Part shown: positions 20,101-27,184 of the stretch, one piece after another
How positions within the stretch are numbered: the first letter of the stretch is position 1
Layout of the letters: the number at the start of each line of letters is the position of its first letter
DNA from: Bradymonadia bacterium
GTDB taxonomy: Bacteria > Myxococcota_A > Bradymonadia > UBA7976 > UBA1532
DNA length: 64,000 nt
Assembly (NCBI GenBank): GCA_046290225.1
Contig: JBKAGE010000049.1
Span: forward strand, 1 to 64,000
Direction of reading: 5' to 3'
Translations under genes and position numbers: made by a program
Notes under the pieces: generated by a model
What the model saw: only the letters and a program-made list of their open reading frames with translations
What the model was told of the DNA's origin: nothing
Database searches by the model: none

Positions 20101-23100
20101 GAGGTGATCTTCGACTTCGGCAACGGGCTGCAAATCACCGACGACACCCCGCCCTACACCGCCACGGCCCCCATGGAGTCTGGCGATGCCGGGCCCACGC
20201 CCATCATCGTCACCGCTGTGGACAGCTTCGGTCAGCGCACCGACGAGACCCTCACGGTGATTCGGCTCGATGACGAGACGCCCCCCACAGGGGCCATCGT
20301 GAGCCCGGCGGACGGCGCCAGCCTCGCCCTCGGGGCCACGGACGTGATCTTCGTCTTCGGCAAGAACAACCGCGGCGACGTGCTCACAGAGGTGGATCTC
20401 GACGACGACGGCAACAACGACTCGCTCCTGCAGATGCAGGTCATCGCCGCCCGGGCCATGATCAGCGCCCTCGATCTCACGAGCACGCAGGTGGCTCTGG
20501 CCACCTACGACGTGAACGCCCGGGTCGATCAGAGCTTCAGCCAGGGCCGGGACACTCTGGACACTGCCCTGGCCCTCATCCCCGAGGGCCAGATCAGGTT
20601 CGGCGCGATCCCCGAGCGGGGCATCAACGCCGCGGTGGCCCACGCCATCGGTGTCGAAGGCAACCGCACGGCGGCCCCGGTGATCTACCTCTTCGCCGCC
20701 GACGACGATGACTTCGACATCGACACCAGCGCCGCCGAAGAGGCCGGGGTGATCGTGCACACGGTGCTCACGGGCGACGCCATCGAACGCGGTGAGCTGC
20801 GAGAGGCCGCCGAAGACACCGGTGGGCGCTTCAACCGTCTGAACTCACCTGAAGACGTCGACGCCCTCGTGGACAGCGTGCTGGTGAGCGCCGACGCGCT
20901 GCGGGCCACCATCGAAGCCGACGACGACGTCGCCGTGCGCCGCGTGACGCTCCGAGCCACCAGCGCCGACGGCGCCGTGCAAGAGACCGGTCGAGCCTTC
21001 GAGGCGCCTTATGAGTTTGCTCTGGGCTTGCCCCCGCTTCCTGGGGCCACCGAGATCACTCTCCGTGGAGAGATCGCCGACTACAGCGACACCCCCGCCT
21101 TCACAGATCCGGTGACGGTGACGGTGCTGCCGGACAACGCCGCCCCCATCCTCCTCGCCGCGGTGCCCGCCAAGGGTGTACCCGGCGACGAGATCACGCT
21201 CCAAGGCCGCTTCTTCTCCGCGACGCCCGCAGACAACACGGTGCGCTTCGGCGACGTCGCGGCCGAGGTGCTCAGCGCCAGCAAGATCGCCCTCGTGGTC
21301 CGCGTGCCCGAAGGGGCGCAGACCGGGGGCATCACCGTGGAGGCCGACGGCGAGATCTCCGGGCCCCTGCGCTTCGGTCTCGATGTCGACGCGGACGGCG
21401 CGGACGACGAGGAAGAGGCAGCCCTGGGTACCGATCCGAACAACCCCGACACCGACAGTGACGGCCTGCTCGACGGCGACGAGGTGCCCAACGGCGCTGA
21501 TCCCCTCGACGCTGACACGGATGATGACGGCATGTCCGATGGCTTCGAGGTGCAGTACGACCTGAACGTCACCGAGGCCGGTGACGAGATCATCGACCAC
21601 GATCGGGACAACCTCACCTCGCTCGAAGAGTTCAACCTGGGCACGAACCCCCGCGATCCGGACACCGACGACGACCTGCTCGACGACGGCGAAGAGGTAC
21701 AGGCGGGATCGGACCCCCTCGACGAGGACTCCGATGACGGAGGCACCCTCGATGGCTTCGAGGTCCTCGAAGACGGCACGAACCCCCTCGACGGCGCCGA
21801 CGATGTGCCTCGAGTCGACCTGCCCTATAGCCTGAACGACGGGAACAACTACCTCTGGGACGTGCAGGGCACCGGGGCGATCCGCAACGGCACCAGCGAC
21901 GCCTACGACTTCGGCCTGAACCTCGAGATCAACGGCGCCCGGTTCCCCACTTTCCAGGTGGCCATCGTGGAAGATGATCGCGAGCTCTCCATGGGCCCCT
22001 GGGCCATCTCCGGCCTGGTGGTCCGCCGCAAGATTTTCGTGCCCGAGGGCGAGGCCTTCGCCCGGTTCCTCGAGGTGGTGGAAAACCCCGGCGACGAGCC
22101 CGTGAGCGCCACCCTCGAGGTGAACACCAACCTGGGCTCCGACGGCAACACCGTGCTCGTGGCCACGAGCTCGGGTGACGCCACGTTCGATCTCACCGAC
22201 GGCTGGCTCACCACCGACGATGCCTCGAACGGCGGCGGTGATCCATCGATGGCCCACGTCTTCGCCGGCACCAACGGGCGCCTGGAGCCGAGCGCGCTGA
22301 GCCTTGACCGCGACAACATCAACTACACGTTCCCGCTGGAGCTGGCCCCTGGCGAGCGCGTCATCGTGATGCACTTCGCCGCCCAGAACCTGAACCGCGA
22401 GACGGCCCTCACCTCGGCGCAGACCCTTCAGGCGCTTCAAGGCAGCACGCTCGCCGGACTCACCGCCGACGAGCAGGACGAGATCGCCAACTTCTTCGCC
22501 TTCGCGGACGCGGATGGTGACGGTCTCTCCGACGCCCGGGAGCTGGAGCTGGGCACAGGCGTGAACACCCCCGACACCGACGGCGACGGCCTGCTTGACG
22601 GCTTCGAGTTCCGTTATGGCCTTGACCCGCTGGTGCCCCAGGCTGCCGACACCGACACGGATGGCGACGGTCTGCCCGATCTCGGGGAGCAAGCGCGCAA
22701 CGCAGATCCCACCGATCGCGACTCTGACGACGACACGCTGGAGGATGGCTTCGAGGTGGACACCTCGGGCACCGAGCCCGCGCTCTTCGACACGGACGGC
22801 GACGGCATTGATGACGGCACCGAGTGGGCCGGCCCCACGGATCCCACTGTGGCCGACACCGACGGCGACGGCCTGCTCGATGGCGAAGAGGTCAACCGGT
22901 ACCGCACGGATCCGAACGACCCCGACACTGATGGTGACGGCATGCCTGATGGCTTCGAGATCGAATACGACTTCGAGCCCACAGAGCACGAGGACGGCGC
23001 CGAAGATGCGGATCGAGACGGCCTGACCAACGCTCAGGAAGCACAGGCCGGGGCCAACCCCTACAACGCCGACACCGACTTCGACGATCTCACCGACGCT

Positions 23101-24819
23101 GAAGAGGTGCTGGTGCACAACACCAACCCCGCTGAGAGCGACACCGACGGTGGTGGCCGCCGCGACGCCGCGGAGATCTACCTCGACGGCACCGACCCGC
23201 TGGCCGCTGGCGACGACCAGGAGGTCTTCGACGATCGGCACTTCCTCAACGACGGCGAAGGCTTCTACTGGGATCTTCGGGGCGACGGCCGGGTGAACAA
23301 TGGCACCGCCAACGCCTTCGACGGCGGCTTCGACATCCGGTTCAACGACGGGTTCTTCTTCGAGAGCGAGTCGGGTCGCCGCCTCAACAACCGCGAGCAC
23401 TTGTTGGGCCCGTGGCGCCATCGGGACCTGCTCCTGAGCCGAGCCATCTTCGTGCCTGAGAACGACGGCTTCGCCCGCTACCGCGAGATCATCATCAACC
23501 CCACCAATCAGCCTCAAACAGCCACTCTGGTCTTCAACACTGATCTGGGGAGCGACGGGCAGACGGAGATCGTCGCCACCTCGAGCGGCGACCAGACCTT
23601 CACCATCGAAGATGACTGGATCATCACCGACGACGGCGACGACGAAGGCAGCCCCGCAGTGGTGCACGTGTTCTCCGACGCCGTGGGCACCGCCCAACCC
23701 GTGGACGTGAGCGCCAGCATCGGGGTGGACGACGTCACCGTGACCTTCGAGGTGGTGGTGCCGCCGAACAACTCCGTGGTGCTCATGCACTTCGCGGCGC
23801 AGCAGACCACCCGGGCCGAGGCCCTGGCCAAGGTGGATCACCTCACGGGTTTGCTCGGCGCCACCCTCGATGGCCTGACCCCTGCGGATCAGCGCGCCGT
23901 GGCGAACATCGTCACCTTCGAAGACGCCGACGACGACGGCCTGAGCAACGAAGAAGAGCTGCAGATTGGCACCTCGCCTCAGAACCCCGACACCGACGCC
24001 GACGGCCTGCTCGACGGCTTCGAGGTCACCTACGGCTTCGACCCGCTCACCGGCGGTGATGGGCCGAATGATCCTGATGGTGATGGCCTGGCCAACACAG
24101 ACGAGCAGAACATCGGCAGCTCCCCGCTCCTCGCCGACACCGACGGCGACGGCCTCGACGATCCCGACGAGGTCCTCGCCACCAGCGATCCCAACCTCCC
24201 CGACACCGACGGCGATGGCTTGCTCGACGGTGACGAGGTGAACGTGCACGGCACCAGCCCCATCCTCGCCGACACCGACAATGGTGGGCTGAACGATCTC
24301 GAGGAGATCACCCGGGGCAAGGATCCCCTCGATCCCGCCGATGATCTGCTCTCTGGCTTGTCGTGTGAGTTCGCGGAGCCCACCGAGGTGGATCCGTTCA
24401 CCTTCGGCTTCGAGGCGTCCACGGACATCGAAGCCCCGAGCAATTACGTGGGCTCTTGCGGCGGTGATGGCCCCGAGGTGGTCTTCGGCCTCTCCGTGGG
24501 CGAGCCGTCGTTCATCTTCGCCGCGGTGACGTGGGCGGAGTTCGATACGGTGATGTACGTCCGGTCGAGCGACTGCGACAACAACCTGCGCGAGGTGGCC
24601 TGCAACGACGACAGCGACTTTGGTGACATCGTGGGCCCCGGCCCTGGGTTTGGTGGTGAAGGTGAAGGCGGCGAGGGCGCTGATCCGAGCGTCTACTCCG
24701 CCATCGCCACGCCAGTGGGCCCCGGTGAGATCTACATCTTCCTCGACGGCTTCGACGAGTTCGAAGCGGGCGCAGCCACGATCGACATCTCCGTGGAAGA
24801 AGGCGGCCTCGAGGAGTGA
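14125..24819 (+). CDS. Gene C: 3564-aa giant secreted multidomain protein (Ig-like, carboxypeptidase-regulatory-like repeats, DTDGDG Ca-binding repeats, VWA-like, IPT/TIG, three copies of a ~230-aa domain)
   Basis: Signal peptide; Big_2-like SSNPEVATVDDTGLVTAV; many TD..GRFRF..LP.G.Y repeats; Big_7-like ASDDLRVVRVEFLVNG repeats; VWA-like region ~20340-20880; IPT ~21140-21375; four blocks of DTDGDGLxDGxE...GTxP; strongly acidic. Confidence 0.92.
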   Translation: MRRLKLTGALALASTMLMCAFAAAQPNVVPPDPPQNYPLDERCTVNILNRTAPVNAHGGFVLPNVPVDRGLYRARVICERNGVLLRGQSDLLTLEPNAETKVGLVDFTRQIPVPQALYLHTADGRDTLTEVGETVDLVLLGRVAPGGVLEGQVDAGGLVPLDGAINGTIYISSNPEVATVDDTGLVTAVSRGRVNMIAVNEGRVVAVEIEVDIPDDRDLDGLPDAFEIRNGLNPDDPADAALDLDGDGLSNLDEFLAGSSINTADTDGDGLLDGAEAALGTSPVRADTDDDGLLDGDEQARGTNATVADTDGDGIADGAEVDAGLDPTVADETTTVTGQVLSPDGAAVEGAVVIVARTYVTNTDADGTFSIDFVPTNRRLKAQVRYIEDGEAFDGTASAANPTPFGVTDFGTINLRPVLNAVGGQVLSPRGEPVVGAHVRVTVDGETRTGHTDRGGLYLIRQVQEGEVTVVATDPDTGLRGFAEGTLAADEALTVDVQLSASGTFEGQVYAQDGQPVGEGISVILRGPIGAETTTDALGRYRFDFVPLGRYSLEAFDDAGARGRTTAAISNTNQIIDAPISFLGAGQIVGRVESGAGAPAPGVQLVVVAQGAFEATLEGVSDAEGRFQFDGLPVGPVEISAIDPDSGLAGVVATTLDFNGDTAEVVITLRAAGSLVGTLYTAPIGGARQPAPGGSITLQPSGRTAATDATGRFRFDGVPLGAYTLVGALGADRGHGVANVDLPDGESETEVQLLGLGEVQIRVLDGGGAPVQGAHLTLNSAVPFEGAAFDQILNGFTDADGVDTLPGVLAGPFTVQAVDALNGLTGQVNSSVLPGEQVALTVRLEGAGAIVGQTLAPDGATPVPNLTVTVLSADRRSERTVTSDATGRFRFDLLPVSGSPYVLQAFDNFGALRSEAGDLQLAGHGDEITQDLVLGGTGSIYGLVFQPDETPAAGVRVTVESDQLGSPLRYATTDAAGAYRVDGVPEGAFVVTASNLAARRAATASGSIDEDAAEVEIDLTLEEDIIPPPPGDNPVMARLEDASRYPWTIRQDGSSEDGLNRVFLGNGAERRGALELAVRIAGGVQFLPFTARGGRFELDGRQVVLPGTALGDLQVSRKLYVPVDGYFVRALEQFENTGDEAISVDVRLQSHYDFVNRVRDGFTFQETARVVRDDNGDVTYTAADRWVALDDELDIDPFLVFNLPSVAHVLHGGAAENSVLPAEGSHTIFEDGSSTLETQWLRIDVPAGATVSLVHFAAQRASHDGAQAAASRLAQLPPEALAGLTEEERGQIVNFDLGAPVDLEPLPAIDGVIEGHALEGDGAPAPGGGINFKSAHPIFDRTWRVISALGSSDEPAAFTFVGEAGRGGRPVPVADFELWGEHPQSRLESPRIRASFPEESSTASADVIFEGTGRLTGEVRRAGGDVASVGQVEISGDAIERPLRTAIAIDGRYSLGGLPPGNYGLLAEVPIPGGTPVSGSGEGRVFIEQATTVNITLVPTGGITGFVLDGGGNPAIDVQLRLRGPDNFRRDGASDTGGRYAFLDLPVGDYTIEAFEPRTGVASTVEINIDEGGAIERNIDLVAIGRVHLTAVYPDGRRAIEAPIQIQRALLGPFFRSAGATNGQGELTLEGIPLGGFQIRALHPGGGNLAGLVEGAIEAHDQSLDLTVEIPEDLPPEVALLAPQSGAFLEGTQLGLRAEASDDLRVVRVEFLVNGLPVATDSAAPYTQTWVLPQGAPGDLTLVARAVDSGGNQTDSEPVILTRVDDDTPPVVAIAAPFEGAELTVGAPFTFTATATDDVAVEVVRFYVGDVEVGTDDTLPYRVQAVIPPNTVPGPQDLRVVAEDRAGLTTEATVGVVIRADEPPVIELVAGPEPNGTVVEGTPVTLEVDATDDVGVVVDVLFDGEVVATRSQAPFRFTPPAPATADGAPRALEITLRATDTAAQTAELVIPVQVTVDQPPQVVITAPAAEAEFVEGTTITVTADAEDDLAVAEVIFDFGNGLQITDDTPPYTATAPMESGDAGPTPIIVTAVDSFGQRTDETLTVIRLDDETPPTGAIVSPADGASLALGATDVIFVFGKNNRGDVLTEVDLDDDGNNDSLLQMQVIAARAMISALDLTSTQVALATYDVNARVDQSFSQGRDTLDTALALIPEGQIRFGAIPERGINAAVAHAIGVEGNRTAAPVIYLFAADDDDFDIDTSAAEEAGVIVHTVLTGDAIERGELREAAEDTGGRFNRLNSPEDVDALVDSVLVSADALRATIEADDDVAVRRVTLRATSADGAVQETGRAFEAPYEFALGLPPLPGATEITLRGEIADYSDTPAFTDPVTVTVLPDNAAPILLAAVPAKGVPGDEITLQGRFFSATPADNTVRFGDVAAEVLSASKIALVVRVPEGAQTGGITVEADGEISGPLRFGLDVDADGADDEEEAALGTDPNNPDTDSDGLLDGDEVPNGADPLDADTDDDGMSDGFEVQYDLNVTEAGDEIIDHDRDNLTSLEEFNLGTNPRDPDTDDDLLDDGEEVQAGSDPLDEDSDDGGTLDGFEVLEDGTNPLDGADDVPRVDLPYSLNDGNNYLWDVQGTGAIRNGTSDAYDFGLNLEINGARFPTFQVAIVEDDRELSMGPWAISGLVVRRKIFVPEGEAFARFLEVVENPGDEPVSATLEVNTNLGSDGNTVLVATSSGDATFDLTDGWLTTDDASNGGGDPSMAHVFAGTNGRLEPSALSLDRDNINYTFPLELAPGERVIVMHFAAQNLNRETALTSAQTLQALQGSTLAGLTADEQDEIANFFAFADADGDGLSDARELELGTGVNTPDTDGDGLLDGFEFRYGLDPLVPQAADTDTDGDGLPDLGEQARNADPTDRDSDDDTLEDGFEVDTSGTEPALFDTDGDGIDDGTEWAGPTDPTVADTDGDGLLDGEEVNRYRTDPNDPDTDGDGMPDGFEIEYDFEPTEHEDGAEDADRDGLTNAQEAQAGANPYNADTDFDDLTDAEEVLVHNTNPAESDTDGGGRRDAAEIYLDGTDPLAAGDDQEVFDDRHFLNDGEGFYWDLRGDGRVNNGTANAFDGGFDIRFNDGFFFESESGRRLNNREHLLGPWRHRDLLLSRAIFVPENDGFARYREIIINPTNQPQTATLVFNTDLGSDGQTEIVATSSGDQTFTIEDDWIITDDGDDEGSPAVVHVFSDAVGTAQPVDVSASIGVDDVTVTFEVVVPPNNSVVLMHFAAQQTTRAEALAKVDHLTGLLGATLDGLTPADQRAVANIVTFEDADDDGLSNEEELQIGTSPQNPDTDADGLLDGFEVTYGFDPLTGGDGPNDPDGDGLANTDEQNIGSSPLLADTDGDGLDDPDEVLATSDPNLPDTDGDGLLDGDEVNVHGTSPILADTDNGGLNDLEEITRGKDPLDPADDLLSGLSCEFAEPTEVDPFTFGFEASTDIEAPSNYVGSCGGDGPEVVFGLSVGEPSFIFAAVTWAEFDTVMYVRSSDCDNNLREVACNDDSDFGDIVGPGPGFGGEGEGGEGADPSVYSAIATPVGPGEIYIFLDGFDEFEAGAATIDISVEEGGLEE

Positions 24820-26711
24820 TCAACCGCCCCCTCCTTTGCATGCTGGCCCTGCTCTGGGGCTGCACCGATCCCCACTCGGCCCCCACACCTGATGCAGGCT
24901 TCGACGCCGCTCTCGACCTCGACGGAGGGCTCGACGCCGGCCGGTCATCACTTCAGGTGGTGCCCATGGCCGACGGGCCCTTACTCCTCGGGGTATGGCA
25001 CGACGGGGCCTCGATCTGGCTCGCGGGCGGCCGCTCCGGTGACACCGGTGGCGTACTGCTCACCGGCGGCGACACACTGACGCAGGCCCCCATCCCGCCA
25101 GGGCCGCCGCTCTGGTGGGTCTGGGGCACCGGCGAGCAACGCTTTGCCTCTGGAGAAGGCGGCCGCATCGTGCGCTTCGACGGCGCACGTTGGCTGGCCG
25201 AGCCCACAGGGTTGCCAGACATGGCGGTGCTCTGGGGCATCTGGGGTTCTGGGCCTGAAGATCTCTGGGCAGTGGGTGGCTCCCCACGCCCTGATGGGCC
25301 CAAGGGGGTGATCCTGCGGTCCACCGGAGACGGCCAGTGGGAACGGGTGGATCACCCTGCCCTGCCCACGACCAGCAACCTTTACAAAGTCTGGGGCACA
25401 GGGCCCAACGACGTGCACATCGTGGGCGAAGCCGGCGTGGCCCTGCACTGGGACGGCGCCGACTACCGCCGTATCGACACGGGCACTGACGCGATCTTGT
25501 TCACGGTGCATGGTCAGCCTGAAGGACCGATCTTCGCCGTGGGCGGCACCGCCTCGGGGGTGGCGCTGCAATGGAGTGGTGATCGCTGGATCGACGCGGG
25601 GCTCCCAGAGGGTCTGCCCCCGCTCAACGGGGTCTTCGTCGCTGAAGACGGCGTGGTGTACGTCACGGGCCAGCGGAATCGCATCGCCCGACGCGATCTC
25701 GAGGGTGAGTGGTCCACGGTCATGTTCGACGGCCGCCGAGAGAGCGCCGACACACTGCACGCGGTCTGGGGGCGCGCCCCTGGTGAGATCTGGGTGGTGG
25801 GCGGCGACTTCTTCGGTGGCAATGGCGGGGTGTTGATCACGGATCGTGCACCTCGGCCCACACTCGACTTCACCCCACCTCCACAGCCTGATGCTGGCCT
25901 GCCCGACATGGATCTCCCCGACGTCGAGCCCCCAGATTCAGAGCCGCTGGACTTCGCGCTGCCCGATGTGGAGATCCCCGATATGGGCCTGCCTGATCTC
26001 GATCTCCCCGACGCAGATGGGCCGCCGATCTGCGGGGATGAACGGGTGCAGGGAGACGAGACTTGCGATGACGGCAACCGCCAAATCGGAGATGGCTGCG
26101 ACGCGGACTGCCAGCTCGAGTGCGGCAATGGACGCCTCGACCCCGGCGAGGCCTGTGAGGATGGCAATCGAGATCCTGGTGATGGTTGCGACGCTGAGTG
26201 CCGTCGAGAGTGCGGGAACGGCCGCATCGACGGAGACGAAGCCTGCGATGACGGCAACCGAGAGCCCAATGACGGCTGTGATCGCTTCTGCCGGCTGGAG
26301 TGTGGCAACGCACAGCTCGACGGCGACGAGACCTGCGATGACGGCAACACTGAGCCCGATGATGGCTGTGACGAGGCATGCCGCCTCGAATGTGGGAACG
26401 GCCAGCTCGACGGCGACGAGGCCTGCGATGACGGCAACACCGAGCCTGGCGACGGCTGTGATGCTCAGTGTGAGGTAGAGCGCCTCCCAGGTCCGGGAGA
26501 GATCTGCCCTGATCTGGTGTGTGCCGAGCCCTTCGAATGCTGGGGGGTGGCCGATTTGAACTTCACGAATTACTGCCTCAAGCCTTGTGAAGTGGTGACG
26601 GACTGTATCGATGACTTTGGTCCGGAAGTCTGCTGTCAGCCTCCGGGGCCCCAGCTGCTCGATACATTCTGTGTGCCCCAAGCGTTATTGCAGGATCCTT
26701 GTGGGGAATAA
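24816..26711 (+). CDS. Gene D: lipoprotein with WGxxxxDxWAVG beta-propeller-like repeats and five myxobacterial Cys-rich repeats
   Basis: LLWG-C lipobox; GTG start overlaps the gene C stop (GTGA); GIWGSGPEDLWAVG, KVWGTGPNDVHIVG and AVWGRAPGEIWVVG repeats; DxxLP linker. Confidence 0.88.
   Translation: MINRPLLCMLALLWGCTDPHSAPTPDAGFDAALDLDGGLDAGRSSLQVVPMADGPLLLGVWHDGASIWLAGGRSGDTGGVLLTGGDTLTQAPIPPGPPLWWVWGTGEQRFASGEGGRIVRFDGARWLAEPTGLPDMAVLWGIWGSGPEDLWAVGGSPRPDGPKGVILRSTGDGQWERVDHPALPTTSNLYKVWGTGPNDVHIVGEAGVALHWDGADYRRIDTGTDAILFTVHGQPEGPIFAVGGTASGVALQWSGDRWIDAGLPEGLPPLNGVFVAEDGVVYVTGQRNRIARRDLEGEWSTVMFDGRRESADTLHAVWGRAPGEIWVVGGDFFGGNGGVLITDRAPRPTLDFTPPPQPDAGLPDMDLPDVEPPDSEPLDFALPDVEIPDMGLPDLDLPDADGPPICGDERVQGDETCDDGNRQIGDGCDADCQLECGNGRLDPGEACEDGNRDPGDGCDAECRRECGNGRIDGDEACDDGNREPNDGCDRFCRLECGNAQLDGDETCDDGNTEPDDGCDEACRLECGNGQLDGDEACDDGNTEPGDGCDAQCEVERLPGPGEICPDLVCAEPFECWGVADLNFTNYCLKPCEVVTDCIDDFGPEVCCQPPGPQLLDTFCVPQALLQDPCGE
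26031..26480 (+). repeat. Five tandem 90-bp / 30-aa Cys-rich repeats (CGNG.LD..E.CDDGN....DGC...C..E), DUF4215/myxococcal type
   Basis: Five units counted in the translation with an exact 30-aa period. Confidence 0.9.
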
Positions 26712-26727
26712 CGACACTGCTTGCTGA

Positions 26728-27047
26728 GCCTTTGTAGGCAGTCATCGCTGCGCTCTGCCTGCGTAGGCGTCCGGCCTTCGGCACATCTTCGATGCGCCTC
26801 GTCGGTCGCGTACACGTCGGCGTACTCGCTGGCGCGAGCAGGCCTCCGGGTAGGCAGGGTCGCTCAGGGCTTCGCCCTTTACGCAGGGAGCGAGCGAAAA
26901 GGGCGAAGCCCTGAGCGACCCTGCCTACCCGGAGGGGTTCCGCGCAAGCGGATGCCCGAACGTGTACGCAGCTCCAAGGCGGGCCGCAGGCCGGCCGTCG
27001 GCAGCTGCCTACGCAGGCAGAGCGCAGCGATGACTGCCTACAAGGGC
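26728..27047. repeat. ~320-bp nested palindromic element (REPIN/MITE-like)
   Basis: Outer 41-bp inverted repeat 26728-26768 / 27007-27047 (1 mismatch); inner perfect 38-bp inverted repeat 26843-26880 / 26898-26935; both arms contain GTAGGCAG. Confidence 0.92.
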
Positions 27048-27184
27048 CCAAGCACGACCTCACAAATCAGCGAGAGGGCCATCATCAAAAATCTTGATGC
27101 TCTTCTTCGATCCTTTGTCTCTCCCACACATCTCGAGCGCTCCGTAGCCTTCACACCACGAACACCCCCAACAAGGAGGACATC

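Noticed and set aside
13924..24249. Very long minus-strand ORFs (1726, 511 and 1134 aa) opposite the giant gene, and similar ones opposite gltB and other genes
   Set aside because: Antisense shadows produced by high-GC3 codon bias; no motifs, and the opposite strand has clear domain structure.
14125..24819. Giant protein as an RTX, RHS or autotransporter
   Set aside because: No GGxGxD nonapeptide runs, YD repeats or DPxG core, and no C-terminal barrel; it has an N-terminal Sec signal.
26031..26480. Regularly spaced repeats as a CRISPR array
   Set aside because: In-frame coding repeats with degenerate third positions, no unique spacers, no cas genes.
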